Source: Balanoglossus misakiensis
Taxonomy: Eukaryota; Animalia; Hemichordata
NCBI GenBank assembly: GCA_040954595.2
Contig: CM082582.2
Coordinates: 11,151,483 to 11,215,482 of the forward strand
Direction: 5' to 3'
DNA: 64,000 nucleotides
Part shown: positions 49,701 to 61,661 of the stretch, piece by piece
Layout: every line of letters begins with the position of its first letter
Numbering within the stretch: the first letter of the stretch is position 1
Program-made: the position numbers and the translations under genes
The notes under the pieces: generated by a model
Told to the model about the DNA's origin: nothing
Databases searched by the model: none
What the model saw: only the letters and a program-made list of their open reading frames with translations

Positions 49701-52700
49701 GATGGACCGGGTGTCCAAGCTGGAGGAGCACTGTGAGAAGAAGGACAAGTTCCTGCAGTCGTCCAGAATGATCATCAAGTTCCGCGAGAATACAATCATA
49801 CAACTGGAAAAAGTGCAGAAGAAAGAGCTGGTTTATCACGATGCAAAAGATGACATCATTGTAAGTTTGAATTGAATACTTCAGTCTGCTAGAATTTCCA
49901 CAATACCTGGTAGTCAAGAAGGGTGAACTGAAAATGTTTTTGACAAGAAATGTTTTGAATTTTGGTAAACTGCTTGAATCTAAAGAGGGACTGGGGGTGA
50001 AAGGGTTAACTCAAATCAAAACTAAGCCGCCACTTTTTCTCACCAGGACAATCTGAAGAAGGAAATCGAAGTGCTCCAGGAGAAGATCAGCCATCACCCA
50101 GGCGTCACCAAGTACGCCATGGAAAACCAGAACCTGAGGGCGGAGATCAAGAGACTGCAACACCTGGAGTCTGTGCGCAGCGCCGCGGTGTATGACGAGG
50201 AACGCATACTGCAGCTGGAGAAACAGTACAAAGAGCTGGTCAGTGAAAATGAAGGTACGAGTGATGATTGATCAGAAGTGTTGTGGCAATGCTTGTACAT
50301 GTACATATATAGGCGGCCATGTTTAGTGACTTTTGGTCCATATCTTCATATGATAGTACTTAGTTTCCATGTGTCTGACAGCCCATTTCTCTCTCCGTCT
50401 CAGTTCCAGAAAGACCAGGCAGTGTGACGCCCAACAGTACCCCCCAGGCTGCTGACAAAGTGTCGGTTGCAACCCTGGAGAGGTACAAGGCTCAAGTGCA
50501 ACAGCTGCAGAAAGCTCTAGATTCTGTAAGTTTTGGGTCTTGCTGAGTTGCATTTGCTGATGTTTGTTCCATTGATATTTCTTCTGTGAATAGTGTCCTG
50601 AATTGAGGAGAATTTCCGCACCCTTTCTGTATTTTTTTCAGGCCAAACAAGAACTGGCCGAAAAGGAAGAGCTGGCGAGGCAGAAACAAGCAGATCTGGA
50701 GGCAGAAAATGTGTCTCTGAACAAGACAGTTTCGGAGTTAGAGAAAGTGCTGGAGGGCATCAAAGTGAAAAACAAGATGGAGATGGAAGTGATGAAAGAC
50801 ATGCATGCAGAGACCATCAAGGTTGGTACAAGAACGGTTGTCCTGATGTCTTAGAGTAATGGTTGCTCTTGTGAGGTTACCATTACATGCAGAATTTTCA
50901 TTTGAACCATTTTCATCCAAATTATGCTCATCTAAAACTAAAAAGTATTTTTGTAATTGAAAATCTCTTTCTCTTGTACCTCAAAGACAATAACAACACC
51001 AAAGAGAGCTGTGTACACTCTGAGAAACAGGAAGGTCTTGGCGAGAGCATCTGGAGGCAGTAGTCTCGGAAACTCACCAATATCGATGTCTCTCAGTGAG
51101 GATGAAGGGGAGGAGTTCTATGAGGAAGGCATTAATGATGTTGCCATGCCGGCAGAGATGACTGATCAGAGATGCGAGGCCCTGACTGAAGAAATCAAGA
51201 AATTTAGAGTAAGTATTTTGGGGAAAAGGGAGAAAGGGGTCTTGTGGTGATCGCTGTCAATCATCTTTCTCCAAACATTGCAAGCACTGGAAGTCTGAAG
51301 TATTTAAAAGCCAACAATACATTGTGCTCTTATTTTTAATTCCAGGAAAGGTACAATTCAATGTTAGAGCAACTGCAGGAGGATGAATCAAAGGCTTTGA
51401 AAGTGAAACAAGAAATGTGTAAACTGGAAGTTCAAAATCAACAGCTGAATGAGGTAAGATTGTGGCTTTGCTGGCATTATTGTGAGCTTTTGGGTCAAGG
51501 TGTATTTTAAAAATAGATGGTGTTTCTTGTAGGTTCTCATATTTCAGACATGATCTCAAAATGTCAGAATCAAATATCTTTGGTCCTACCTTGCAGACAC
51601 TTCAATCAAGTCGTTCTGATTGGACAATCAAAGAGCAAGAGTTGACCAATCAGATCACAAAGATGACTGCAAAGCTTGAAGAATTGACAGTGGACCATGA
51701 TGGTAAGTTGTTGACTATAGACAGGGGCGTCAATATGTGATTTGAAATCAAAGTTGTGATCAAAGTTACTGATCCTAATGGCTTTTATGTTGAGGTGTAA
51801 CATCATATTATTACTATGATCATCAGTGATAAAAAGTGAAGTTGAGGATCTGAGAGTGTTGCTCAATTCAGCCGACCGACAATTAGACGAAGAAAAACAG
51901 ACAAAAGAACGACTAATAGCCGAACAAGGCGAAGAAAAAGCCGTGATTGACGCCAAAGTGGTGCGGATCGAAATGGAGACGTTTAATCTGCAGAAACGAC
52001 TGGATGAGTTGAGGGAGGAGAGAGACCAGAGTCAGAATGACTACCAGACTTCAGAGATGGAAAAACAACTGCTTGAGAAACATCTTGAGGAAAGTATGGA
52101 ACTTCTGAAGAAAGAGAATGACCAGGCGAAGCAGTTGGAACAAGAGATGCAGGTATGTTTGCCAGATGCAAAGTTTTTTATCAGTCATCTTTTGTTGTAT
52201 GGAGGTGTTTGATACTACATGTATAGTCATAGCAACCACTTCTGTTTCACTGTACCATTCTTTTAAACTCATTCCCTTCAGTTGCTGCTGAACAAGTTGG
52301 AGGCAGAAACGGAGAAAACAACTGCACTGGAAGCACAGTTGAAACAAGAAGACAAAGAAAAAGAGTTGCTGAAGGCTTTAGAAGACAACACTCTGCTGAA
52401 AACACAAAACACTGACATATTAGCACAGTGTCAACAGTTGGTATGTGGGAAATGCCCTGTGCTTTGTGATTTCTGATGTTTTTTTACACGTTCTTTGAAA
52501 TATTAGTTTGAAATTGTTGTACTGTCAAGGACAATGTGAAATGTTTCTGTCCTTATTGTGCACAAAACCTAACACTTCACACATTTATTTTGTTTCAGAG
52601 GGAGACACTTACAAATACTCAGGCGACAGTTGAAGAGTCGAACAGCACCATCACAGCATTACAGAAGAGAGCAACAGAAGACAAGGTATTAGTTATTTCA

Positions 52701-55397
52701 AAGTCAGGATGATTCCATGAGCTTAATCGCAAAATGCTTTGAGATATGGCGGCCATTTTGAATTTCAACTTTGAGACTGTTTTGCTCTCTCATTCAAAAT
52801 TATGCGGTGACCTCAAACATGTATTCTGGACACTTTTCAGGAGGCCTTGTCTAAACTGATGGCCACAATACAGGAGCTACGGTCATGCCTCAGCGACAAA
52901 GACGACAGGATACTGAACCTTGGCAGCGAGCTGGAAGACGCCATCAGTCAGTGCGAACTCTTACAGGAGTCGAACACAAAACTGGGCACCCAGACCCAAA
53001 CACTGCAGGATGAAATTCAGAGAAACACCGAGTCCATGTCATCTCAGGCAGCTAAGCATAACATGGAGGTTAGTCTTAAAATCATTCTACAGAAGAGGCT
53101 GGGCATTTGAATTTTCTTTGCAAAGGAACGGTGAGCTTACATACATGTACATGTTCACATATGCTGTACCTGTGTGATGAATTATTTTTCCCCATTTCTT
53201 TCGCCAGCTTGATTTATTACAAGATGAGCTTGAGGAAACGATTGAACAGTGTCAGAGTCTGACTAAAGAACTCCACGGTCAGTCGGAACTACTGCAGTCC
53301 ACACAGAACGACAGGGACAATTACGCTAAACAAATAACCGAACTCTTAGGAAAGGTAGGAAGAATCTCATTGTATGCTCTCTCCAGACATGACACTTTTG
53401 CCTTTCCCTCTTCCAATACGTTAGTTGAGTTAACTGATGTTGACATGTCCCTTGAGTTTTTTTACTCAGATATCTTGTTTCTCATTTCAATGACATGACA
53501 GGTGAGTAAACTAGAAGTTGAAATGGAGACCTCACAAACAGAGTACGAGAGTAAACTAAGAGAAGCAGAGGCCAACACATCGACCATCGTTGTTGAAACC
53601 CAGAATGGTGAATTGCAAACCACAATTGAAGAACAAAGAGAAGAAATCACACAATATCCTTTTCTGTTTTAACAATAAATCCCCCTCCTTGATTAACTGC
53701 CAATAGGCCTGGGTATACTTGTATTTATTGGCATGGTTTTGACACCAAAGATGGTGCGACTCACAATCTTTGTATAAAAAAACATTTCCTTAACCATACT
53801 CAAGCTGAGAACCGACCAGGCCAAGATGACAGGCATCTTCGAGGAATTTGAAAACACCAGGAAAGAGAAGAACGAAGAAATTCAAATGTTGAAGGTGAGG
53901 TAATAGATTGGTTGATTCATGTTCACCACCAAGCATGGGACTGTGATTTGCCACTCTGATTGTACCTCATACTTACTAACTATTGAAATCATTTCTTGTT
54001 GACAGTCACAACTCTTGGAGATCGACAGAGTCATAGCTGAGAAAGAAGTCATTGCCACAAATTTCCAAATGATGAAATATGACTTTGAATTCCTCAAGGA
54101 TCAGGCCGAAGAAAAGTAAGACATTTTCAAGTTGATTTCATTAAGATATTAACATTTTAGCGATTACTTGTAGTACAACTACCGGTACATGCACCATGGT
54201 ACAACAAAGTCTTGTGTAATTTGATGGCGGTAGTTACTCACTCTTAGTTAATGCTTTTTTTAACGCACAGAGAGGCAGAGTTGAAGGCACAACTAGACAG
54301 TGCCAGGTTGGAATGCGACAAAGCCAGGGCAGCATACTTCAGTGCTAACAGACTGAAAGAAGAGACAATAGATGAGAAAATCAGACTTGAAACTGAGTAA
54401 GTAAAACAGTTCATGTGTCTTTTGAATGTCCTGGACTTGTTAAAATGATCCAGCAAATCCTTGAATGTTTTAGACCTCAAATTGTGTTACATTTTGTACA
54501 TGTGTCTGAGTTTATTTTTTTTCTAACAGACTTGCACAGATGAGAGCGAATATGGAACTCCAGCTTGAAAATACCAAAGAAATCACGGATGAGCTCCAAA
54601 GGTAAGTGGTTTTAACCCAGTCAAGTCCACAGTGCATGGTGTTGTTTGATTACATCATGAAATGAAATCTTGTTAATAGATTGGCATATCCATCTTTGTT
54701 ACTTTCAGATGATAATGAAGTATTCTTTTTATTTGTCAATGATATAGGACACAACTTCTTGAAATGGCGCATTTCCAAGAGAAAGAAGAACTGCGCTCGG
54801 CCCTGGAGCAAGAAACGGAGAAGAGAACAAAACTGAACATGGTCAGTTAGGATTACTATCATTTTTGACTGCAGAAGGTTTTCACTGTCACCATTTTTCC
54901 AGTTCAGTTAGGCCCTTGTGTAGTTTTCACTATACAGATACTAAGATTTTGGTCCATTTGTTCTTAGGAATTGAGGAAACTGGAAGAAAAATGTGAAGAA
55001 TCAGCAATGGAGAATGCCAAACTTATAACACATCAAAACTTAAAACAGAAAATCCACTACCATCTGCAGATTAAAAAAGAAAACAATCAACTTAAAGAAG
55101 TAAGTAAAATCCTTGCAAAATTCAATTTTGCCATTCCAAGGCATGTACATCTGATCTGGCCACCATGATCCACGTGATTATCTGAAATATGCTGTTTGTC
55201 AAATGTGATAGATGCTGCACTCGTTTCACACACTAACATTTACTCTTGATTCCTTGTCACTATAGCAACTGGGAAAAGTCCGAAATGAATGTGCCAAGGT
55301 GAAACAGGAGCTTGACCACTACAGGAAAGGATTTCACAAGCCAAGACCGATTGGGGACTCAGAACTGAAAGAGAACTGCGATCCAACTATTGTCTGA
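46701..55397 (+). CDS. KIF15: Kinesin-12 family mitotic motor KIF15 (Xklp2/KRP180-like), 29 exons, ~1421 aa
   Basis: Exons 46701-46713, 47041-47056, 47496-47673, 47772-47848, 48004-48041, 48181-48281, 48404-48583, 48762-48863, 48993-49226, 49336-49860, 50047-50254, 50404-50525, 50642-50821, 50987-51208, 51346-51453, 51597-51702, 51827-52152, 52282-52440, 52599-52685, 52841-53068, 53208-53354, 53502-53653, ~53804-53894, 54006-54115, 54271-54396, 54530-54601, 54748-54841, 54968-55099, 55266-55397. Motifs [45 protein letters not shown]-terminal [10 protein letters not shown] and KEN box. The first two mini-exons are less certain. Confidence 0.93.
53654..53803 (+). other. KIF15: U12-type intron with AT 5' end in KIF15; 3' end ambiguous (AA 53803, AG 53809 or AC 53812 keep frame)
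   Basis: 5'SS ATATCCTTT at 53654; consensus branch TTCCTTAAC at 53786-53794; no GT donor between the end of the coding segment and the in-frame TAA just downstream. Confidence 0.85.
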
Positions 55398-56215
55398 CAC
55401 ACGGTGCAGATGTTACGACTGTCGGGCGTCGCCTTGTTGAAATTGTGTGATCCAAAATGGCCACAGTAGCGTCACATTGTCGCAGTAGTATTGAGATAAT
55501 TGGTCAAAAAATCTTGCCCCAGCATTTGCCATGACAGAGTACATTGTATGTGTTCCAGAGCTTGTTTCAGCAGCGCTAGTGAGTGTGATATCAACCTTGA
55601 TACAAAGATGAAATCAAACTGCAATCAGAAATCTGCAGCAAGTTTACTGTGAAGATCATTGCATATCAGTGTGTGTGTGTGTGTGTGATCCAAGTGGTTG
55701 TTCCTCTATTGAATCAGACTATGTTGTAAGTGATCACTGTAAAGAGATGTTATTTTTTGTGCCAATCAAGTCAGGGGTAAGATTGTTCGTCCATATGGGG
55801 AAGAATACGAACAGTTGGGTCGAACCACTGGATCCTGATCTTGACTGGTGGGTATGTAATAATTCTATGAACCTTAAACTCGTCCAAAAATTATATGGTA
55901 AATTACATTCCAATGCTCACAGATGCCAGTGTCTTTCTGCAACTACTGGGTAGAACTTAAAAGTGACCTGAAATATCGTGATACTGTTGTATGTTTTCCA
56001 TGTTTGGCTGTAGTGTGTGTAGTCTGTGGGTCAAATGTAGCAATATCTTGTTTGTGAAGCCTTGATCTTCTGTTGATTTCTATGAAGATGTGTAATTGTC
56101 CAGCAGGTTCTTATTTTTTTTAATTTTTAAAGAATTTAGATGTTTTATTTCAAATAGTACACTTAATCATGTACGCGAATGAAATAATTAACATGTATAT
56201 AGATCTTAATACTGC

Positions 56216-56221
56216 AATAAA
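56216..56221 (+). terminator. Candidate KIF15 polyadenylation signal AATAAA
   Basis: AATAAA followed by a T-rich tract, ~820 nt after the stop. Confidence 0.4.
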
Positions 56222-57478
56222 CCAGTAAAATACTAAATATATTTTTTTTATGTTTTTAATTGTGGGCCTTGTCAGTTTTACATTTGATTTTTTTCATATA
56301 ATAGTATTGTCCCCCCCCCCCTTCCTACATCTGAGAGACTGAAATTAAGACAACACTCTTGATTTGATGTTATTGGGCTGTTTTACTGCCCATGAGTGGC
56401 TCTTTAATGAAGGAAAATATTACATCAGAAGTCAACATGGTGTGCTTGTTGCAACACCAAAGAATACAACAACAAAAAAACGTGACTTTGAATGCCCCTA
56501 GACATTAATGAGGAAATGTGACAAAAAATGGCAGTCCTGGGAAATACCATCACTGAAAAAAGTTTCTTTGAGCTACAAAATTTACATTTATCGACAATTA
56601 TAAATCATAATGTGTACATAAAAATAAACATTGATTACTTTGGCAATGTCACATGACTTTGCAAGCAAGTTCTGCCAGGAAAAAGTCAGAAGGGTATTTG
56701 TTGCAAATTACAACAATACTGACCAGAAATAACGATGTTGCACATTAAATTATTTGGGGAAAACAATCCTTTGCCCAAACAGGTATTTTAAGTAAAGTTC
56801 AGCTATAGATACTTTCAGAAAATACCAAACTATTATTAAGATTTTGATATTGTTTAAAAATGCCCAGATAATATTTTAACAGACTATTTTATACTTCTAA
56901 TTTTCAAGGTCAGTAAGGTCATAAAGAAGACAGACACAAGATGGTGGAATACTAATGTATGAAAGTAAAAGTACACAGACTGCATGAAATGAATTTGCAA
57001 GGTACAATATTGTGTTATGGTTTATATATTTGCATATTAAATATATTCATATTGGATAATAGTCCAATGTAAGATAACGTGTGACAAAATAAACTGGAAA
57101 TTGGCAGTCATAATTCTAGACATTTTTGTCTTCTGGTACAGCGTATATTTTATGCAGGGTGGTTTACAATTTGACTTAGTACTATTTATTCTGCTTTGGC
57201 AGTACAAATTTTGGATGCCCAACACAGTTTTATCTGTTTGTAATGTATGATAATTTTATTGTGTGTAAAATGACTATCCTGCAAAAATGAATTTCTCACT
57301 TGAGGGAGACTTAGAGCTGTTACAAATACCCTGAAAAAATATGTATATACATTGTGCGACTTCTATCATGACGAAAAAATGTATTGGAAAAAAAAGACAT
57401 ACAAAATTGGATTGAAAAAGGGACAAATATATTCATTGCAGATCAGTACAACTGGGAAAATGAATGCTGAATTTATCG

Positions 57479-59495
57479 CTACAAACACTGGTTGATGATG
57501 CTATTGATGTCTTGGTTGAGCCAGTCTAGGGAGATATCATCCAGGTGATTGTCAAAGTCAACTAGGTCCTTGTGGAGTTTGGATCGCAGTAAATCTGACG
57601 CAATGGCAAGGCACTTCTCGTCATCTTCCAGGGTCACGCTGTGCCAACAAAAGAAACGAAAACACTTGGTGAAATGTGCAAAGTGTGATCTGTCAATGGC
57701 ACAACATCAGTTCCTGCTCATTAAGTCCTACACATCATTATTTAATATGGAGGGTGATTTCAAAATACTGTAGTAAGTTTCACTACCAACGTCAACACGG
57801 GGATGTTTGAAAGCAGCGTCCTCTGGTGGCACTTTTTTCAGACACCACCATACCTCTTACCTGGCTATATCTTTTACTTTCCATTCATTTTTATTTTCTT
57901 GGTATGAGTATAATTTTAAAGCTATATCTTTGCATTCTATTGACATTTTCCTATTTTCAACCTGAAAGAAAAGGTAAAGGGAATGTGAGGAAAGCAAGTG
58001 GCAGAAAAAGCACAAAGCCACTACCGTACAGGTACTTGTGTTGTCAAAATCATTAACCCTAACAGTGCCAAGTCAGTAGGAAACGTAGTTATTTTCCTAC
58101 CCCCCTAGAATCCCGGGCATACTTGACTGTGGAGAAATGAATTGGTATCAGACTGTGTAATGTCAAATATTTGAACAGCTGAGTACATACTAAACCGCCT
58201 CTGCTGGGTAATTTGATCAGGCCAAGATGATCATAAACAGTGGATACAGCTAGATTGAGGCAAACGACCCTGTCTAAATACACACATGGCAGCTAATCAA
58301 AGAAACCAACACTGTCTAAATACGTATTCCAGTGATGATACGTATCTATATGGACTTGAGACTCTAACGGGTTATGACACCCGGTAGCAATAGGGTTAAT
58401 TGCCCAATCACCAAGAATTCCTTGATGTGTCTGTAAATGAAAAGACCCCACCCACCTTATCAACCCATACTGTATATGAACAATCTAATCCCAACACTTA
58501 CCATGAAAACATTTGCCTCTGTTGCATTTTCTCTGATTTTGTCTGCAATCTTCACAGCAATGGCATTCATACTGTGAAAATGACAGCAAAGAATATTTCA
58601 ACATTCTACTTTGATGAAAATGATGGCTTCGAAGAAGAAACGTTTATCCTTTACATCATAGATCCCTTTAACACAACAGAAAATATTGTTGTGTTGCACC
58701 ATAGACCCTAGTAGTAGTACTTACTCTGAATCATGGAGATGTTCATTGGCTTGGTAATACCCAGCTATAACGCTACCCGTTCGTTTACAGTACGAGTCAA
58801 TCTGGAAAAGAATGAAGTTCCAACCATTATGATACCTTCTCACCTTTGGCACAGTGACTTTAAAAAATATGTTGATTCAACTCAGAGACAGGCATAGCTG
58901 GGTGATTTATGATCTTATCATGATAGTATGCAAATTAAAATTCTTATGCAGCCATTTTTTCATAGCGGAGAGATTGTGCACTGATAACACTAACAAAAAG
59001 TAGTTATTTGGTTAAACGCGAGAAACTGTCGATTTTTATTGAATGAACACACTATGACCAGCCATAGAAATGAATGTACATTTCACTCAAACACTAATTT
59101 CCAACCAGGAGGCGATCTCCAATGCGATATCGATATATGCCACTCATATTAAACCCGGTAGGAGAAGGGTTTCAAATCAGCGGCAATCACACGTTCTGAA
59201 AATTTATGATAGTCGAACACGTGTTTGAACACCGGCATATAAATGCCGCAGCAAACACACTTTACAATAGCACATAGAAAGATCAACTCACCCTCGTCAA
59301 TGCGACTTCCAACATCGGTGCTAAACCCAGAGCCAGATGAAATAGCGGGATCGCGTCTACGTAAATTAACGACTTGTTTTCCTTAAGTTTCTTTTTATCT
59401 GCCAATAAAACGCCATTGAGCGAACAGTGGGGATATTTTGCAGCATGAAACAAAATTTTCGTGTAAGCTCGTATACTCATAATAATCTCCGCCAT
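57479..59495 (-). CDS. EMC8: ER membrane protein complex subunit 8/9 homolog (MPN-fold), 5 exons, 203 aa
   Basis: Exons 59495-59292, 58801-58725, 58571-58502, 57961-57861, 57638-57479. Peptides AYTKILFHAAKYPHCSLNGVLL, DAIPLFH..LGLAPMLEVAL, IAGYYQANE, LVDFDNHLDDISLDWLN. Probably co-orthologous to vertebrate EMC8 and EMC9. Confidence 0.93.
58053..58399. mobile_element. Possible degenerate piggyBac-type MITE (TTAA-CCCTA ... TAGGG-TTAA) in EMC8/9 intron 3
   Basis: ttaaccctaacagtgcc at 58053 and ggtagcaatagggttaa ending 58399; only 9 terminal bp match perfectly. Confidence 0.4.
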
Positions 59496-59906
59496 TTTGG
59501 TCAATGTGTTCGCCCGTTCTTTACACCAAGACTGTGCCATTTCAGTGGAGGGGAGGACACAACGTGATTTTTGTAACATGGCCACTATTTTCTATACTTT
59601 AGGAGTTACTAATTGTTTGTAAATTAATAAACCTGATAGTAAAATTGACCTGGGGGATAAATTGGTTCACTTTTCTCATAATTTGACTTTTAACTATTCA
59701 TCTCATCAGTGAACGCTACGTTGTTTTATTAGAATCGTCGAATAGAGGGCGCAATGTACTGGTACTCGTTCATTCACATGGTCATGGTTTCTCGTACCAG
59801 TATTACTGGTCACTTGTATAAGCTGGTGGTAGTGTAGTAGGGCCGGGGCGATACAGGGGAAGGGCGTGTGGTGGTGGTCAGTCGTCAACTGCTACTGTTT
59901 ATCACG
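59496..59906. promoter_or_regulatory. Bidirectional promoter EMC8/9-TMEM42 (411 bp)
   Basis: Divergent ATGs at 59495 and 59907; YY1-like CAAAATGGCGG over the EMC start; GC-box-like gggccggggcg near 59840. Confidence 0.6.
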
Positions 59907-60741
59907 ATGTTGGGCTTTTCATTAGCCGTCAGCGCGGGGCTGTGTGCCGCGATGGCCTCGATCAGCGCCAAGCTGGCTATGGCGTCCGATGCCGCCGCAC
60001 ACCTATGTCAAAGTAGCAAAACGAAGTATGAAGTTCTTGAATCGGTCATTCCTGAATGTGAGGCGGTGTGTGATTTTTTAATCATATCAGTCTGCTTTAG
60101 TTGCGTGATAGCTAATGCAAAACTGCATTGTAAACCCATTATTGCCCCAGCCGAAAAGAATACCGACAATAAGTCGACGTCGATTTCCCTGTCTTATTGG
60201 ATTGAATCTATTTCACATTATCCGTTCATATCCCCGCAGATAGCTTTGTACCTTCGGATCACCTGTTTCGCGATGATATTTCTCTTTAATGCAGTCATGT
60301 GGACGCTGTTTGTGAAATCCCTCAGAAAGTGCTCGTCCTCCTTGGAAGCAACTGTCATCAACACTGCAACAAACTTTTTCACGTCAGTAAGTAATTGTCT
60401 GTCTGTGTACTGTCTTTCCTCTCCCTCCCTCCCTCCTCTCTCTCACTCCATCCATACCCCCCCCCCCCTCTCTGCGTTTCTAGGCCCGGCCATGATACAT
60501 TGATAATATACTAAGAAGATTTTTTGTGTTTTGATTGCAAGTTTTAGAATCCTTTATCGGTATGATATAGCTATGCTTTCTTCTTTGTTTTTCTCCCTAG
60601 GGCGTGATGGGAAACGTGTTGTTCGGCGAAACGATGTCACTTTTATGGTGGTCTGGAGCATCGCTTGTTGTGGTTGGCTTACTCTTTCTGCACAGAGGAA
60701 CTGCGAAGGAGAAAGAAATTGAAAAGGACAAACTAGAGTGA
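59907..60741 (+). CDS. TMEM42: Transmembrane protein 42 (EamA/DMT-like small transporter fold), 3 exons, 148 aa
   Basis: Exons 59907-60065, 60240-60386, 60601-60741. Peptides AGLCAAMASISAKLA, NAVMWTLFVKSLR..SSLEATVINTATNFFTSGVMGNVLFGE..SLLWWSG. Confidence 0.9.
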
Positions 60742-60871
60742 TTGACTTCTTTACTGGATGACTTCTCGTCATACGAAATGCTCCCGGTCGCTCGGCGAGT
60801 CCAATGTTAATGTAAAGAACTCTTGTATAAAACGCGCTGAGAAGGCCCCCTAAACAAAATGCAGACGAACT

Positions 60872-61661
60872 CATGCGCAGACATTATTGTGCATACCGCA
60901 GACTATTCTATTCTCGTCGCCAACAGTTAAATTTTTCCTTTTTGCCAGCCTTTTGAATCTGCACGTTTCCATTTTATTTTCTTCGGTTCGTCAGGAGTTA
61001 TTTTAGAAGCTTTTTGCCATATGGTTTCGTCCGTTCTTTTAAACTGTGATTTTCCGTCTCCCCGTGATTTTATTTTTGCACTTTTCACCAGAACATATTT
61101 TGGTTCAAAATAATTTTTAGGAAAAAACGTTTTCGTCAAAATAAAAAAGCAGGCTGCGTTTCACAGCTCTTATATTGGTCAGTCTGGTGAGAGCCAGACA
61201 GTTTGTCAGTGACAGAGCCATGCTGCATTATCTGTGCGTGTTCGTCGCCCTGTCTGCCGTGCACCATGCGCAGACATTATTGTGCATACCGCAGACTATT
61301 CTATTCTCGTCGCCAACAGTTATTTTTTTTCCTTTTTGCCAGCCTTTTGAATCAGCTGCACGTTTCCATTTTATTTTCTTCGGTTCGTCAGGAGTTATTT
61401 TAGAAGCTTTTTGCCATATGGTTTCGTCCGTTCTTTTAAACTGTGATTTTCCGTCTCCCCGTGATTTTATTTTTGCACTTTTCACCAGAACATATTTTGG
61501 TTCAAAATAATTTTTAGGAAAAAATGTTTTCGTCAAAATAAAAAAGCAGGCTGCGTTTCACAGCTCTTATATTGGTCAGTCTGGTGAGAGCCAGACAGTT
61601 TGTCAGTGACAGAGCCATGCTGCATTATCTGTGCGTGTTCGTCGCTCTGTCTGCCGTGCAC
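60872..61661 (+). repeat. Head-to-tail tandem duplication (~393 + ~397 bp) covering the promoter, 5'UTR and first 15 codons of the EGF gene
   Basis: Copy A 60872-61264 and copy B 61265-61661 are near-identical, with a few SNPs and small indels (e.g. gaatctgcac vs gaatcagctgcac). Confidence 0.95.

Noticed and set aside
49324-49917. 197-aa antisense ORF over KIF15 exon 10 (and similar antisense ORFs over IPO4 and the orphan ORF)
   Set aside because: Explained by codon bias of the sense coding exon
50382-50403. Alternative KIF15 acceptor at gacag 50381
   Set aside because: Out of frame; the acceptor at 50403 follows the pyrimidine tract and restores the frame
60927-61536. Two similar Lys-rich minus-strand ORFs (MTKTFFPKNYFEPK...)
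   Set aside because: Antisense reading of the T-rich duplicated promoter; non-ATG starts; similarity is due to the duplication
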